A DNA stretch of 64,000 nucleotides from a virus, in the IMG/VR virus record IMGVR_UViG_3300038393_000909, positions 34,229-98,228 of that record; one strand, written 5' to 3'. Below are positions 1 through 9,349 of this stretch, in pieces (the first letter of the stretch is position 1; every line of letters starts with the position of its first letter). The position numbers and the translations under genes are program-made. The notes under the pieces were generated by a model. The model had not been told where the DNA came from. It worked only from the letters and a program-made list of their open reading frames with translations, and did not search any database.

Positions 1-157
1 ACTGGATCGAGGGCCGCCGGCTTGTGGACGTGAACACCGCCGGGCTGCCGGCCGGGTACTATCGTATCGTGTTCGGGCCCTATAACGCCTTCAAGGCCTG
101 AGCCGCTCGAGCCCAATCGATCGGAGAATTCGAATGGCCGGGCTTGCTGCGCTCGGC

Positions 158-177
158 CGTTTGCATTAATGAGAACG
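158..177. promoter_or_regulatory. 20-bp palindromic site
   Basis: CGTTTGCATTAATGAGAACG before dut; TTGCTG at 144. Confidence 0.7.
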
Positions 178-191
178 AAGCGGAGGACGCG

Positions 192-650
192 ATGCTCATC
201 GAATTCAAACACCTCACCGAGACCAGCCGGGCGCCGACCAGGGCTACTGAGGGCGCTGCAGGTTTCGATCTCTACGCCGACCTGATGCAGCACGGCCAGA
301 GCGAGGCCGTCATCGAAGCCGGATTCCGCGGCTTGGTTCAGACAGGTATCGCGATTGCCCTACCGAAGGGCTATGTCGGAATGGTTTGCCCGCGCTCGGG
401 CCTAGCGCTCAAGCACGGCATCACCGTCCTCAATGCCCCCGGCATCATCGACAGAGATTATCGCGGCGACGTCGGTGTCATCCTGCACAATGCAAGCCCG
501 AACCCGTTCGTGCTCAAGCACGGCGACCGCATCGCCCAGCTGGTTCTTGGCATCATCCCGTACGAGCCTGTCCTATCGTCTGTGGATGACCTAGACGCGA
601 CGGCGCGCGGCGCTGGAGGGTTTGGTAGCACCGGAATGGGTGCGAACTGA
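192..650 (+). CDS. dut: dUTPase (trimeric)
   Basis: Motifs AGFDL, PRSGLA, GIIDRDYRG, RIAQL, RGAGGFGSTG; ATG at 192 after GGAGG. Confidence 0.95.
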   Translation: MLIEFKHLTETSRAPTRATEGAAGFDLYADLMQHGQSEAVIEAGFRGLVQTGIAIALPKGYVGMVCPRSGLALKHGITVLNAPGIIDRDYRGDVGVILHNASPNPFVLKHGDRIAQLVLGIIPYEPVLSSVDDLDATARGAGGFGSTGMGAN

Positions 651-1210
651 TGGGCCTGGGATCAGCCATGGCTGGGGGCAATCCCCAGGACGAGCGGCAG
701 GCGAATGACTTTTATGCCACGCCGCCTAGCGTGACCGTAGCACTACTGCAGCAGGAGGAATTCGGACCCAAGATCCACGAATGCGCGTGCGGAAACGGAG
801 CCATGTCTATGGTCCTCCAGCTGGCCGGCTACGAGGTGGTCTCGACTGATATCCGCCCGCTCGGGTTCGGCTCAAAGCAGGATTTCCTCACGCTCGAGAA
901 GCCCTTAGCAGATACGGTGATCACCAACCCGCCCTTCTCGAAGGCTGCGGCGTTCATCGAGCATGGTCTCGGTACGCTCAAGCTTCGAAAAATGGCTCTT
1001 GTGTTGAAGAGCACGTACTGGCATGCAGCCGGGCGCCGCAATTTATTCGAACGGTTCACCCCGTCCGCGGTTTACCCTCTGCTATGGCGACCCGACTTCC
1101 TCTCGAAGGGGCGGCCAACCATGGAGATCATGTGGTGTGTGTGGGACGCGGCGCATACCGGCGCCACGATCTACAGGCCCCTCCCGCATCCCGACAAGGT
1201 GAAGCCATGA
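650..1210 (+). CDS. DNA amino (N6-adenine) methyltransferase, phage type
   Basis: DFYATP, ECACGNG (SAM binding), ITNPPF catalytic motif. Confidence 0.85.
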   Translation: MGLGSAMAGGNPQDERQANDFYATPPSVTVALLQQEEFGPKIHECACGNGAMSMVLQLAGYEVVSTDIRPLGFGSKQDFLTLEKPLADTVITNPPFSKAAAFIEHGLGTLKLRKMALVLKSTYWHAAGRRNLFERFTPSAVYPLLWRPDFLSKGRPTMEIMWCVWDAAHTGATIYRPLPHPDKVKP

Positions 1211-1334
1211 CCGCTGCGATTGCACTCATCTCCGCTTCTATCGGTGGCAGCCTCGGCGCCCTGACCATGGCTCTGATCATCGGCGGTGGTCAGCGCAAAT
1301 CGAATTCGAACGACTAGCCGATCGAGGGGGTCCG

Positions 1335-1709
1335 ATGCCGTTTGCCAAGCGTGAGGGTACCGACAGGAATGTCCGCGAACCCTACACCGAGGAAGAGATC
1401 CTCAAGGCGATCGACATGAAGTATCGCCTGAAGCTTACGTGGCCGATGATTGCAGATCGCCTGGGTCGATCACCGGCCTCGCTTGCCGTTTATACATCCC
1501 AGTATCGCAAGGGGAAGCTGACCTTCGGCCGCCACAAGTCGCGCCTGATCTATGAGGAAGTTGCTCAGGCTCTGATCGACGGAGCGAAGATGCAGGACTG
1601 CGTGGTCCAGTTTGGCGTCAAGCGCACGACCCTTGTCATGGGTCTCAGGCGCTACGGCTGGGATCAGGAGACGATCGAGGAAGCTCGTCAGTACAGGAAG
1701 GCAGCATGA
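1335..1709 (+). CDS. HTH-containing protein
   Basis: YTEEEI...LTWPMIADRLGRS helix-turn-helix pattern; SD GAGGGG. Confidence 0.6.
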   Translation: MPFAKREGTDRNVREPYTEEEILKAIDMKYRLKLTWPMIADRLGRSPASLAVYTSQYRKGKLTFGRHKSRLIYEEVAQALIDGAKMQDCVVQFGVKRTTLVMGLRRYGWDQETIEEARQYRKAA

Positions 1710-2590
1710 CGACGATCACGGCCAAGGTTATCGAGCACTCGGTCTCACGCCACGGTATCGAACTAGCGACTCTGCAGCTCCGCTTCCCACGATTCGTGCT
1801 GGCAGAGTTCAACACGCACCGGGTTTTCTCGCGCAATGCTCGGTCGAGTCGAGCAGTGCCGGTCGAGCGTATGATTCAGGAGATCGAGACCGACCCGGTG
1901 ATCCCGCTCCACTGGGGTGCGAACCAGAAGGGCATGCAGGCCAGCCAGGAGTGTGATGCCGAGGTCGAGGCCTGGAACTACCTGGGTTGCCCATCCGGTC
2001 CGTTCTTGGAGGAAGTTACGAACCGTGAGGCTTGGCTTCTCGCTCGTGACTGGGCCGTCGACTCAGCAAAGGCATTTGCAAAAGCTGGCTACCACAAGCA
2101 GGTCGTGAACCGGCTGCTCGAGCCGTTCATGCACATTGACGTCCTGGTGTCGTCTACGAACTGGTCGAATTTCCTCGCACTGCGCGATCACCCGGACGCC
2201 GAGCCGCACATCGCCATCCTTGCCCGTGAGATCAGGGCGGCACTCGATGGCTCGACGCCCTGGCTGCTGCAGCCCGGCGACTGGCACCTCCCCTACATCT
2301 CGACCGAGGAGCGCAACGCTCACGACCTCGACACCCAGCGTAAGCTCTCTGTCGCTCGGTGCGCACGGATTTCCTACACGCCGTTCGATGGAAACGGATC
2401 GATCGATGCCGAGCTGGCCCGGTACGAGTCCCTAGTCGGGTCTGCGCCGATACACGCGTCTCCTTGCGAGCATCAAGCAACGCCGGACTACCGTATTCCC
2501 TATGCACCGCACTGGAAGCATGCAGACCAGCACCGCAACTTTAGGGGCTGGCGACAATTTCGTGCCATGATTCCGTGCGATACTCTCTGA
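1706..2590 (+). CDS. thyX: FAD-dependent thymidylate synthase, phage type
   Basis: EFNTHRVFSRNARSSRA, HKQVVNRLLEPF, ARCARISY, HASPCEHQA. Confidence 0.9.
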   Translation: MTTITAKVIEHSVSRHGIELATLQLRFPRFVLAEFNTHRVFSRNARSSRAVPVERMIQEIETDPVIPLHWGANQKGMQASQECDAEVEAWNYLGCPSGPFLEEVTNREAWLLARDWAVDSAKAFAKAGYHKQVVNRLLEPFMHIDVLVSSTNWSNFLALRDHPDAEPHIAILAREIRAALDGSTPWLLQPGDWHLPYISTEERNAHDLDTQRKLSVARCARISYTPFDGNGSIDAELARYESLVGSAPIHASPCEHQATPDYRIPYAPHWKHADQHRNFRGWRQFRAMIPCDTL

Positions 2591-2610
2591 TGTACTGATC
2601 CGAGTTCTCA

Positions 2611-2895
2611 ATGATCACCCTGACCAAGACCCAGCGCGAGAACGCTGACCAACTCAGAACCATCCTCGATCAGGTGATCAAGGGAAACCAAGCCACCACC
2701 ATACCTGTCGAGGGTGGCATGGTCATGTACGATGTCGTGGTTGTGATGGATGCTCTGGCGCGTACCGTCGCGAACATCCTCGACATCTCATCCACCGAGG
2801 TGCGCCGCCAGCAACGGCTCAACTACTTTGAGAAGGTGCTCCTCGACACTCTGTATGCGAGCGACAAGAAGAATCGACCAACTGATTCTACCTAG
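2611..2895 (+). CDS. hypothetical protein
   Basis: ORF fills the gap with typical codon usage. Confidence 0.6.
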   Translation: MITLTKTQRENADQLRTILDQVIKGNQATTIPVEGGMVMYDVVVVMDALARTVANILDISSTEVRRQQRLNYFEKVLLDTLYASDKKNRPTDST

Positions 2896-2896
2896 T

Positions 2897-2916
2897 CGTT
2901 TGCATTAATTGGAATA
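2897..2916. promoter_or_regulatory. 20-bp palindromic site
   Basis: CGTTTGCATTAATTGGAATA before SLT gene. Confidence 0.65.
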
Positions 2917-2926
2917 GGAACCCTCC

Positions 2927-3403
2927 ATGCGACCCAAGACCTACCTCGCCGCCCTGGCTCTGGCCATGGTGGCTGGCACGGCACAGGCCCATGTGGTCAA
3001 GCACCGCCATCATCGTCACCATCACCACGCCTACAGGCACCAGGATACCGGAGCAATTCAGCAGCAGGTCACCAGCGCAGCGCTCCGTCACGGTGTCCCC
3101 GTCGCCCTGGCGCACGGCATCGTCCGCGCTGAGAGCAACTACCGCTGCCACGTCAAGGCTTCAGACGGCCTCAGCCAAGGCATCATGCAGGTTCGGCCAC
3201 AGACGGCCCGCAGCGTCGGGGTCTACGGCTCCATGAACGACTGCGCCAATAGCCTCGAGGCCGGCATGCGCTACCTCAAGCAGGCGTTGATCAAGGCCGG
3301 TGGTAACTGGGGCTGGGCCGCCACAATGTACAATCGCGGAATCGCAGCCAAGGCTACGATGTCTAGCTACGCTGCCCGCGTCCTGCGCCTCGCCCATCAA
3401 TAG
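2927..3403 (+). CDS. secreted lytic transglycosylase (SLT domain)
   Basis: Signal peptide; AES, GIMQV, AGMRYL, YNRG motifs; His-rich linker. Confidence 0.85.
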   Translation: MRPKTYLAALALAMVAGTAQAHVVKHRHHRHHHHAYRHQDTGAIQQQVTSAALRHGVPVALAHGIVRAESNYRCHVKASDGLSQGIMQVRPQTARSVGVYGSMNDCANSLEAGMRYLKQALIKAGGNWGWAATMYNRGIAAKATMSSYAARVLRLAHQ

Positions 3404-3511
3404 CTCCACCACTGGCTGGGAACAATTCGAACAGCCCTGCGATTTCCCGTTTGCATTCCTCGTCACGGCGGGCTAATGCAAACGGGTCACCCAATACCGA
3501 CGGAGGGATCT

Positions 3512-4054
3512 GTGGTTCCGAGCCAGGACCGCCGGAAGCCGCGCAAGCCGCCCATCGGCGCGCTCACGCAGGACGCGAAGAACGCCATCATCCGCGATCG
3601 GATCGCCGGACGTCCCGCCCGCGACATCGCGAAGGACTGGTTGATCAGCCAGAACTACGTCTGGGTGCTGACCCGGCACGTCGCTCACTTGGTGCCGAAG
3701 AAGATCCCGCGCGGTAAGAGGGCCGCCATCAAGGCCGCAGAGAAAGAGGAACAGGATCGCGCCATCCTCGCCAAGCTCCTGGCCGGTGTCCCGCGCAAGA
3801 AGGTCATGGCTGAGTTCGGCGTCTCGCGCATGAAGCTTGTCCGTGTGATGCGGCAGTACGGAGACGGTGTCGTGCTCGGCTATGAGAATCCTCTCGAGGA
3901 GGAGATCCTCAATGCCTACGACGCTTGCAAGAAGCCGCACCGCGTGGCGATCCAGGTCGGCGTCGATCCCAAGACCGTCTACCGCGTCATCTATCGGCGC
4001 AGGCGGCTCCAGAATGCGGCGAACAACAACGCGTTCCTGAGGGCGGCGGCATGA
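3512..4054 (+). CDS. multi-HTH DNA-binding protein
   Basis: Three HTH-like segments (ARDIAKDWLIS, KVMAEFGVSR, VAIQVGVDPKTVYR); GTG start after GGAGGGA. Confidence 0.65.
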   Translation: MVPSQDRRKPRKPPIGALTQDAKNAIIRDRIAGRPARDIAKDWLISQNYVWVLTRHVAHLVPKKIPRGKRAAIKAAEKEEQDRAILAKLLAGVPRKKVMAEFGVSRMKLVRVMRQYGDGVVLGYENPLEEEILNAYDACKKPHRVAIQVGVDPKTVYRVIYRRRRLQNAANNNAFLRAAA

Positions 4055-4287
4055 GCACGGCTGCGATCCAGCGTCTGGAGATGCTGCGGAGGTTTAAGAG
4101 CCGTGAGTGGGAGGTGCTGGCGCAGCTGGGGCTGACGAAGCCGCAGGACTTCAGGATCGTCAACTGGCTGGTCGACAAGGGCTGGCTCGAGACACACCCG
4201 GTGAGGTTCCTGACCCACGCGCGCATCACCGACACCGGCTTCGATATCCTCGCCCAGGCCGGGGGCGATGTAACTGGGTGGGGCTGA
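4051..4287 (+). CDS. small winged-helix-like protein
   Basis: ATGA overlap with previous stop; LVDKGWL...RITDTG. Confidence 0.5.
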   Translation: MSTAAIQRLEMLRRFKSREWEVLAQLGLTKPQDFRIVNWLVDKGWLETHPVRFLTHARITDTGFDILAQAGGDVTGWG

Positions 4288-4290
4288 GCC

Positions 4291-4539
4291 GTGAAGCAGT
4301 CTGAGATCGAAGCCTACATGGAACAGAAGCGGCGCGACCGTGAGGACATTGAGGTCGCCAAGGGCGAGCGCATCTTCGATGTCATCAAGGCGGCGCTGGT
4401 AGCCGAGTCTCAGCACTACGAGTGGGAGCGTCCGCCGCACTACCGCGAAGCGATGATCAAGCTTCGCGAGGTCTTCGAAGAAGTCGTGCGCGAGGTGCTC
4501 GTGGATGATCGCGTCATGACTCGTGTCGATTGGGATTAG
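4291..4539 (+). CDS. hypothetical protein
   Basis: Tightly packed ORF. Confidence 0.55.
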   Translation: MKQSEIEAYMEQKRRDREDIEVAKGERIFDVIKAALVAESQHYEWERPPHYREAMIKLREVFEEVVREVLVDDRVMTRVDWD

Positions 4540-4548
4540 TGACCAGCC

Positions 4549-4746
4549 ATGGATAAGTACGACACCACCGACATCCTCCACCGCCTCAAGGCACAAGCCC
4601 GCACCGCCCAGGTCGAGGGCCGCTTCGTGCTCGCCAACACCCTGACCCTGGCGGTGGCCGAGATCGATCGCCTGCGCGCCGAGATCGAACGCCTGAAGCG
4701 GATCAGCGCTGAGGTGAGCCATGTCTGCGGCCATGACGATTACTGA
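4549..4746 (+). CDS. hypothetical coiled-coil protein
   Basis: AEIDRLRAEIERL pattern common in small phage proteins. Confidence 0.55.
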   Translation: MDKYDTTDILHRLKAQARTAQVEGRFVLANTLTLAVAEIDRLRAEIERLKRISAEVSHVCGHDDY

Positions 4747-5074
4747 CGATACCCCGCTGCGTCTGGCGGACGCGGTTGTAATTGCATTTCCCCATGGAGG
4801 CATGACTGAGGCCGGGCTGCGCAGGGAGGCCAAGCGCGGGCGCCTTGAAATCGAACGGATCGCCGGTAAGGACTTCGTCACCCTTGCCGCGATCCGAGAG
4901 ATGAGAACCCGATGCCACGTCCAGCGAAGGGCGCAAGACTCTGGCTCAGGCCCGAGCGCCTCGACGATCAGGGACGCGTGCGTGAGCGATCGACATGGAT
5001 CATCCGGGATGGATCAAAGACGGTCAGCACGGGATGCGCTCCTGAAGCGCGTGCGGACGCTGAAAAGTGCCTGA
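4721..5074 (+). CDS. xis: excisionase-like protein
   Basis: PLRLADA...GLRREAKRGRL..ERIAGKDFVTLAAI; overlaps 5' end of integrase. Confidence 0.75.
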   Translation: MSAAMTITDDTPLRLADAVVIAFPHGGMTEAGLRREAKRGRLEIERIAGKDFVTLAAIREMRTRCHVQRRAQDSGSGPSASTIRDACVSDRHGSSGMDQRRSARDALLKRVRTLKSA

Positions 5075-6213
5075 GCGCCTACATTGAGCAGAAGTACCGC
5101 CCGGCGCGCAGGCGGCGTGAGATCGAGGAGATCGGGATCGCTGACGTCCTGGCGATCTACCTCGAGGATACCCGCGAATCCCAGGCCAACAAGCGCGCCT
5201 TCGACGGGCGCATCGAGCGCCTCGCTGAATGGTGGGGCGAGAAGACGCTGTCCGAGGTCACGGGCGAGACGTGCCGGGCCTATGTCGAGCACCGCGCATC
5301 CGCCGAGCGACAAGCGGTCAGTGGCAAGCGCGGAGCCGTCGGGAGAAAGGGCACCAGCGGCGGAGCGCGCCGCGACCTTGAGGACCTGCGCGCGGCGATC
5401 AATCATCACCACGGACAAGGACTCCACCGCGAGGCCATCCGCGTGATCCTGCCCGAGAAGGGGGCGGCCCGCGATCGATGGCTGACCCGGTCCGAGGCCG
5501 CGCGCCTCGTCTGGTTCTGCTGGCGCTACCGCGATACCCAGACCTGGAACAAGGGCACGCGCGCCGGCAAGAGCGTCGTGACCAACAAGCGGTCGCTGCG
5601 CCATATCGCGCGCTTCATCCTGATCGGGCTCTATACCGGGACGCGGGCCGGGGCCATCGCTTCAGCCTCGCCCTATAAGAGCGCCGGTCACTCTTGGGTC
5701 GATCTCGAGAGCGGGCGGTTCTACCGGCTCGCCGAGGGCAAGAAGGCGACGAACAAGCGACAGCCGACCGCGCGCATCCCATCGCGCCTGCTCGCCCATC
5801 TCAGGCGATGGTCCAGAGCGACGCAGGGCAAGGACGGGCCGCCCGTCATGCGGACCCATTTCGTCGAATGGAGGGGCAAGCCGGTCGGGTCGGTGAAGGT
5901 CGCTTTCGGCCGGGCCGTGCGCGCGGTCGGCCTGGGCGATGACGTGTCGCCCCACACCCTGCGGCACACCGCCGCGACGTGGCTCATGCAGCGCGGCGTC
6001 GACAAATACGAGGCGGCCGGATTCCTCGGCATGTCGCTCAAGATGATCGACGAGGTCTACGGCCACCACCATCCCGATTTCCAGGACAGCATCGACGCGG
6101 CGTTCGCGACCCGCAAGCCGGCGAATCAGGGTCCGCACCGCTTCGCCGGACGGCACGTTTCTGTTGGCATAACTGTGGGCGTAGAGGGTGACGCCGCCAA
6201 GGATATGGTGTAA
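4912..6213 (+). CDS. int: tyrosine integrase
   Basis: YTGTR, HTLRHTAATW, LG-M...YGHH catalytic motifs. Confidence 0.92.
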   Translation: MPRPAKGARLWLRPERLDDQGRVRERSTWIIRDGSKTVSTGCAPEARADAEKCLSAYIEQKYRPARRRREIEEIGIADVLAIYLEDTRESQANKRAFDGRIERLAEWWGEKTLSEVTGETCRAYVEHRASAERQAVSGKRGAVGRKGTSGGARRDLEDLRAAINHHHGQGLHREAIRVILPEKGAARDRWLTRSEAARLVWFCWRYRDTQTWNKGTRAGKSVVTNKRSLRHIARFILIGLYTGTRAGAIASASPYKSAGHSWVDLESGRFYRLAEGKKATNKRQPTARIPSRLLAHLRRWSRATQGKDGPPVMRTHFVEWRGKPVGSVKVAFGRAVRAVGLGDDVSPHTLRHTAATWLMQRGVDKYEAAGFLGMSLKMIDEVYGHHHPDFQDSIDAAFATRKPANQGPHRFAGRHVSVGITVGVEGDAAKDMV

Positions 6214-6392
6214 GTACTTGAGAATGTTGGTGGGCCCGGCAGGACTCGAACCTGCAACCAGACCGTTATGAGCGAGACGGTGATACGTTAAGTATTTGAA
6301 ATCATTCGATCGATTGCGTGCAATCAATGCCGATTGGCGCGTTTTGTTCTCATTCTCAGCGATCGTTTCTGTGGGATAACTGTGGGCGTAGA
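6156..6392. repeat. direct repeats flanking attP core (putative integrase arm sites and IHF sites)
   Basis: CGTTTCTGT..ATAACTGTGGGCGTAGA at 6156-6185 and 6364-6392; TAAGTAYTTGA at 6211 and 6289 resembles IHF consensus on the minus strand. Confidence 0.7.
6228..6274 (-). other. attP core: 3' half of tRNA-Ile(CAT), anticodon loop to CCA
   Basis: Minus strand CGCTCATAACGGTCTGGTTGCAGGTTCGAGTCCTGCCGGGCCCACCA directly after int; no 5' half present. Confidence 0.88.
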
Positions 6393-6396
6393 ACGA

Positions 6397-6612
6397 ATGG
6401 ACACCGAAGAAAACGACACCCTCTACGCCGACGCGCTCCTCGGCCGCGACCCAAACTGGAACATGATCGACGAGCTTGAGAAGCGCGGGCTCGGTCGATG
6501 GACAGGCGGCTTCCATGACCGTTGGGACTGGAACCCTGGAGCGGTCAGGGCTCTGCCGGTCGATGAGCAGAAGGCCCTGTACGAGCGGATCAAGGAGGCA
6601 TGGGGCCGATGA
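6397..6612 (+). CDS. hypothetical protein (paralog of 60363-60623)
   Basis: LEKRGLG...W.W...ALY pattern. Confidence 0.6.
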   Translation: MDTEENDTLYADALLGRDPNWNMIDELEKRGLGRWTGGFHDRWDWNPGAVRALPVDEQKALYERIKEAWGR

Positions 6613-6812
6613 CCGACACAATCCGTCAGACCGTGGAAGCCTTCATCGACGGCCTGCGTGACCGACATCCCCTCACCATCACCGACGACGTCGACATCGC
6701 CGTCACAGCGAACCTTGAAACGCAGGAGCTATTCGTGAAGCTGAGCGGCAAGACGCCGTATGGGAATGCGTATCTAGCTAAGGTGCTGGAACGGATGGGA
6801 GAGTTGGAATGA
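6609..6812 (+). CDS. hypothetical protein
   Basis: ATGA overlap coupling. Confidence 0.5.
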   Translation: MTDTIRQTVEAFIDGLRDRHPLTITDDVDIAVTANLETQELFVKLSGKTPYGNAYLAKVLERMGELE

Positions 6813-7039
6813 CCGCGGCAGGCAGACTGTTTACGATCGCAGCAGCAGCTGCATGGATCGGGTTATCCGTCTGGACGCTCTTGGCTCTCTACCGCGCGGA
6901 AGACACAGTGCAGCCACTGCCACCCGGTGCGACCCTGGTCGCCATCGTCGGGGTCATGTCCTGGGCTCTTGAGTGCGGCAATCGCCTGATCAAGGCCGTG
7001 CGAAGCCTGTGTTCTGGTCTACCGGAGATGCCAGCATGA
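6809..7039 (+). CDS. small membrane protein
   Basis: Two hydrophobic segments; coupled start. Confidence 0.5.
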   Translation: MTAAGRLFTIAAAAAWIGLSVWTLLALYRAEDTVQPLPPGATLVAIVGVMSWALECGNRLIKAVRSLCSGLPEMPA

Positions 7040-7241
7040 CCGACACGAGAGACCGCACCGCCCTGAAGCGCGAATCCGTCGACCAGATGCTCGCGGTTAT
7101 CAGATCCGGCGGCCAACCGTTCCCTGGTTATCGGGTCGAGCTGCCGGCTGACTTCGACCTGGAGGAGGCCTACCGCACGGGTGCAGTGGAGGTGATGGTC
7201 ACATTGCCGCCTACGCTGGATCGATTCGAGTTCGACACAGG

Positions 7242-7700
7242 ATGGCTGGAACCAAAGGGCGCTTGACGCCCACCCTCCGTGCAGATATTAGCCAATTGGC
7301 TACGATCGAATCGGAGAAACCCGTGGAGCCGCCACCAATGCACGATGCCGCAGCAGACCGCGTCGTCAAGATCATCGAGACATTCCGGTCCGTGGATCAC
7401 CTCATGGGAACGGGATCGATCATGGTCTTCGTGGCGGTGGCCAGGGAGCCAGGGCTGACGGCCGATGACTATACCAAGCGGACCGGCTCCATCCGCCCAG
7501 TGATCTACAGGCTGCTGGCCGAGCTTGGCGGATCGACGCGCCGAGCGGATCAGGAAATCGGGCGCGGCTTGGTCGATGTGATCCCGCACCCAGAGGACAA
7601 GAGGCAGAACCTCTACCGTCTAACTCCACGTGGTGAGATCCTGTGGAGGAAGGTGCTGCAGGCTGCGAGCCTCGAAGAAGCCAGCCAGGAAGGAGCTTGA
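7242..7700 (+). CDS. MarR-like winged-helix protein
   Basis: GLV...HPEDKRQNLYRLTPRG wing motif. Confidence 0.7.
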   Translation: MAGTKGRLTPTLRADISQLATIESEKPVEPPPMHDAAADRVVKIIETFRSVDHLMGTGSIMVFVAVAREPGLTADDYTKRTGSIRPVIYRLLAELGGSTRRADQEIGRGLVDVIPHPEDKRQNLYRLTPRGEILWRKVLQAASLEEASQEGA

Positions 7701-7745
7701 CCGTATCCTCCCTGGCCCTACAGCCTAGCAGGCCCACCAGGGAGT

Positions 7746-8258
7746 TTGATGATGTCGTGGCAGAAGGTTCGCAACAGGCGCATGCTCATGCTGGCGCCGT
7801 TCCTTCTTGGCGTGGTCGTGATCGGCCAGCTCTATCCCGCAGACTGGAGCGAGGCGAACGCGCAGGGCGCTCAGCCTGCAGCCGCCAGTGGCACTCCAGA
7901 CCTTGAGGCCGCAAGCAGGGATGCGAGGGTGGTATCCCCTGACGTCTTCACTGACAACTTCGAGCAGTATGCCGGCTCCTGGGTGCGCTTCCAGGACCAC
8001 AGCCTGCACTGTGGCCAGACGCGGGACCGAACGAAGCAGTGCTTCAATACTGACGGGACAGCGGCCGTGCTCGTCTTCTTCGACAAGCTCGCGACTCTCG
8101 AGGCTAACGGCTGGACATCGCCGAAGGAGTTCGGTCAGTACGATCGCAGCCTCGCGTGCCCGAACCCTCTGTTCTATTTCTCAGGCGCGGTACCCACGAC
8201 CAACCCGCACGCTGTCGGGGTCTCGGTCGAGACATTGTACTGCGCCTCTCCGCACTAA
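7746..8258 (+). CDS. putative secreted/membrane-anchored protein
   Basis: Basic N-terminus plus hydrophobic segment, four Cys. Confidence 0.55.
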   Translation: MMMSWQKVRNRRMLMLAPFLLGVVVIGQLYPADWSEANAQGAQPAAASGTPDLEAASRDARVVSPDVFTDNFEQYAGSWVRFQDHSLHCGQTRDRTKQCFNTDGTAAVLVFFDKLATLEANGWTSPKEFGQYDRSLACPNPLFYFSGAVPTTNPHAVGVSVETLYCASPH

Positions 8259-8261
8259 GTG

Positions 8262-8537
8262 TCAGTCCTCGAATCCGAGGCGATCCAAATAGCCCTGGAG
8301 ATCCTCGTAGCCACCGACGTGGTCGCCCTTGTGCCAGATCTGAGGAACCGTCTTGAAGCCGGCGTCGATGAGGCGCTGGCGCTCGTCGGGGTTCTGGCTC
8401 AAGTCGACATAGGCATGTCCAAGTCCGCGCTCGTCCAGGAGCCTCGTGGCCAGCACACAGAACTTGCAGCTCGGACGGCCGACCACCACGAAGGCATGGC
8501 CGCGCTCGCTGACGTAACGCAAGGGCTTGTCGGTCAT
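8262..8537 (-). CDS. glutaredoxin
   Basis: CKFC, TVPQI, VGGYEDL. Confidence 0.9.
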   Translation of the reverse strand: MTDKPLRYVSERGHAFVVVGRPSCKFCVLATRLLDERGLGHAYVDLSQNPDERQRLIDAGFKTVPQIWHKGDHVGGYEDLQGYLDRLGFED

Positions 8538-8538
8538 A

Positions 8539-8790
8539 TCACTCTTCCATCGCCGCCGTGATCACAGCCGGCCAGCGTTCGATCATCTCGTTGTTCATCT
8601 CGGCAGCCATCGACCCGGTGATGTCGAACATCGCCTCGAGCGCACGCAGGGCGGCGTCGACAGACTTCTCACGGCGCTGGCGCATCACGATCGCCTTGAC
8701 CCGGTCGGTGGTGTTGATGGCGAAGTTCGTCCAGGCATCTGGATCGATCACCTCAGCGAGGTGACGGACCTTCTCGGGGATTCGCATCAT
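8539..8790 (-). CDS. hypothetical protein
   Basis: MMRIPEKV... overlaps stop of upstream gene. Confidence 0.55.
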   Translation of the reverse strand: MMRIPEKVRHLAEVIDPDAWTNFAINTTDRVKAIVMRQRREKSVDAALRALEAMFDITGSMAAEMNNEMIERWPAVITAAMEE

Positions 8791-9278
8791 GTGGTCTTCG
8801 CCTTGGGGATGGTCTCGCTCCATTCCCGCTTGAGCGCCATGACCTTCTTCATGACCTCCTGGTATCCGTCGATCTTGTAGCGATCGTCGATCAGTGATCC
8901 AAAGGCTTCGGCGTCGAGGAGGATGATGGCGCTCGCTGCGATGTGAGCGAGGTGAGGGATCTTGCTGTCGTCGGCGAGGTCGATGCCAGACTTGTACTCG
9001 TCGAGGTGCCTCTCCATTGCGGAGATGTACGTGTTTGTCGGGATAGGAACTGATCGCCAATTTACGGGCCCATATTTCCAGGCCCCCTGCTCCAGCGCCG
9101 CAAGGATCCAGAGCTTGGCGATCGGCGACATCAGGTGCGGCTCAGGCTTCAGGCGCCCTGCCCCGGTCTTCGGGTTCTCGGCAGGCTTGGTGCTCAGCTC
9201 GAACCGCTGCTGCTGGATCGGTGGATCTTTTGGTCGATCTGCCCAGCACCCTATCGTCTCGAAGCCGTCCATGAACAT
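8787..9278 (-). CDS. dATP/dGTP diphosphohydrolase-like (DUF5664) protein
   Basis: NPK, GAWKYGPVNWR, AMERHL, DSKIPHLAH, LIDDR. Confidence 0.8.
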   Translation of the reverse strand: MFMDGFETIGCWADRPKDPPIQQQRFELSTKPAENPKTGAGRLKPEPHLMSPIAKLWILAALEQGAWKYGPVNWRSVPIPTNTYISAMERHLDEYKSGIDLADDSKIPHLAHIAASAIILLDAEAFGSLIDDRYKIDGYQEVMKKVMALKREWSETIPKAKTT

Positions 9279-9309
9279 GCGAATTACCCTTGCCTTCTGG
9301 CTGGTTCTT

Positions 9310-9329
9310 CATTAGCAATAATGCAAACG
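9310..9329. promoter_or_regulatory. 20-bp palindromic site
   Basis: CATTAGCAATAATGCAAACG between divergent genes. Confidence 0.65.
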
Positions 9330-9349
9330 GAGAGCAAGGCACAATTCGA

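Noticed and set aside
6228-6274. Functional tRNA gene
   Set aside because: Only the anticodon loop to CCA is present; no D arm or 5' acceptor strand. It sits next to the integrase, so it is called attP core.
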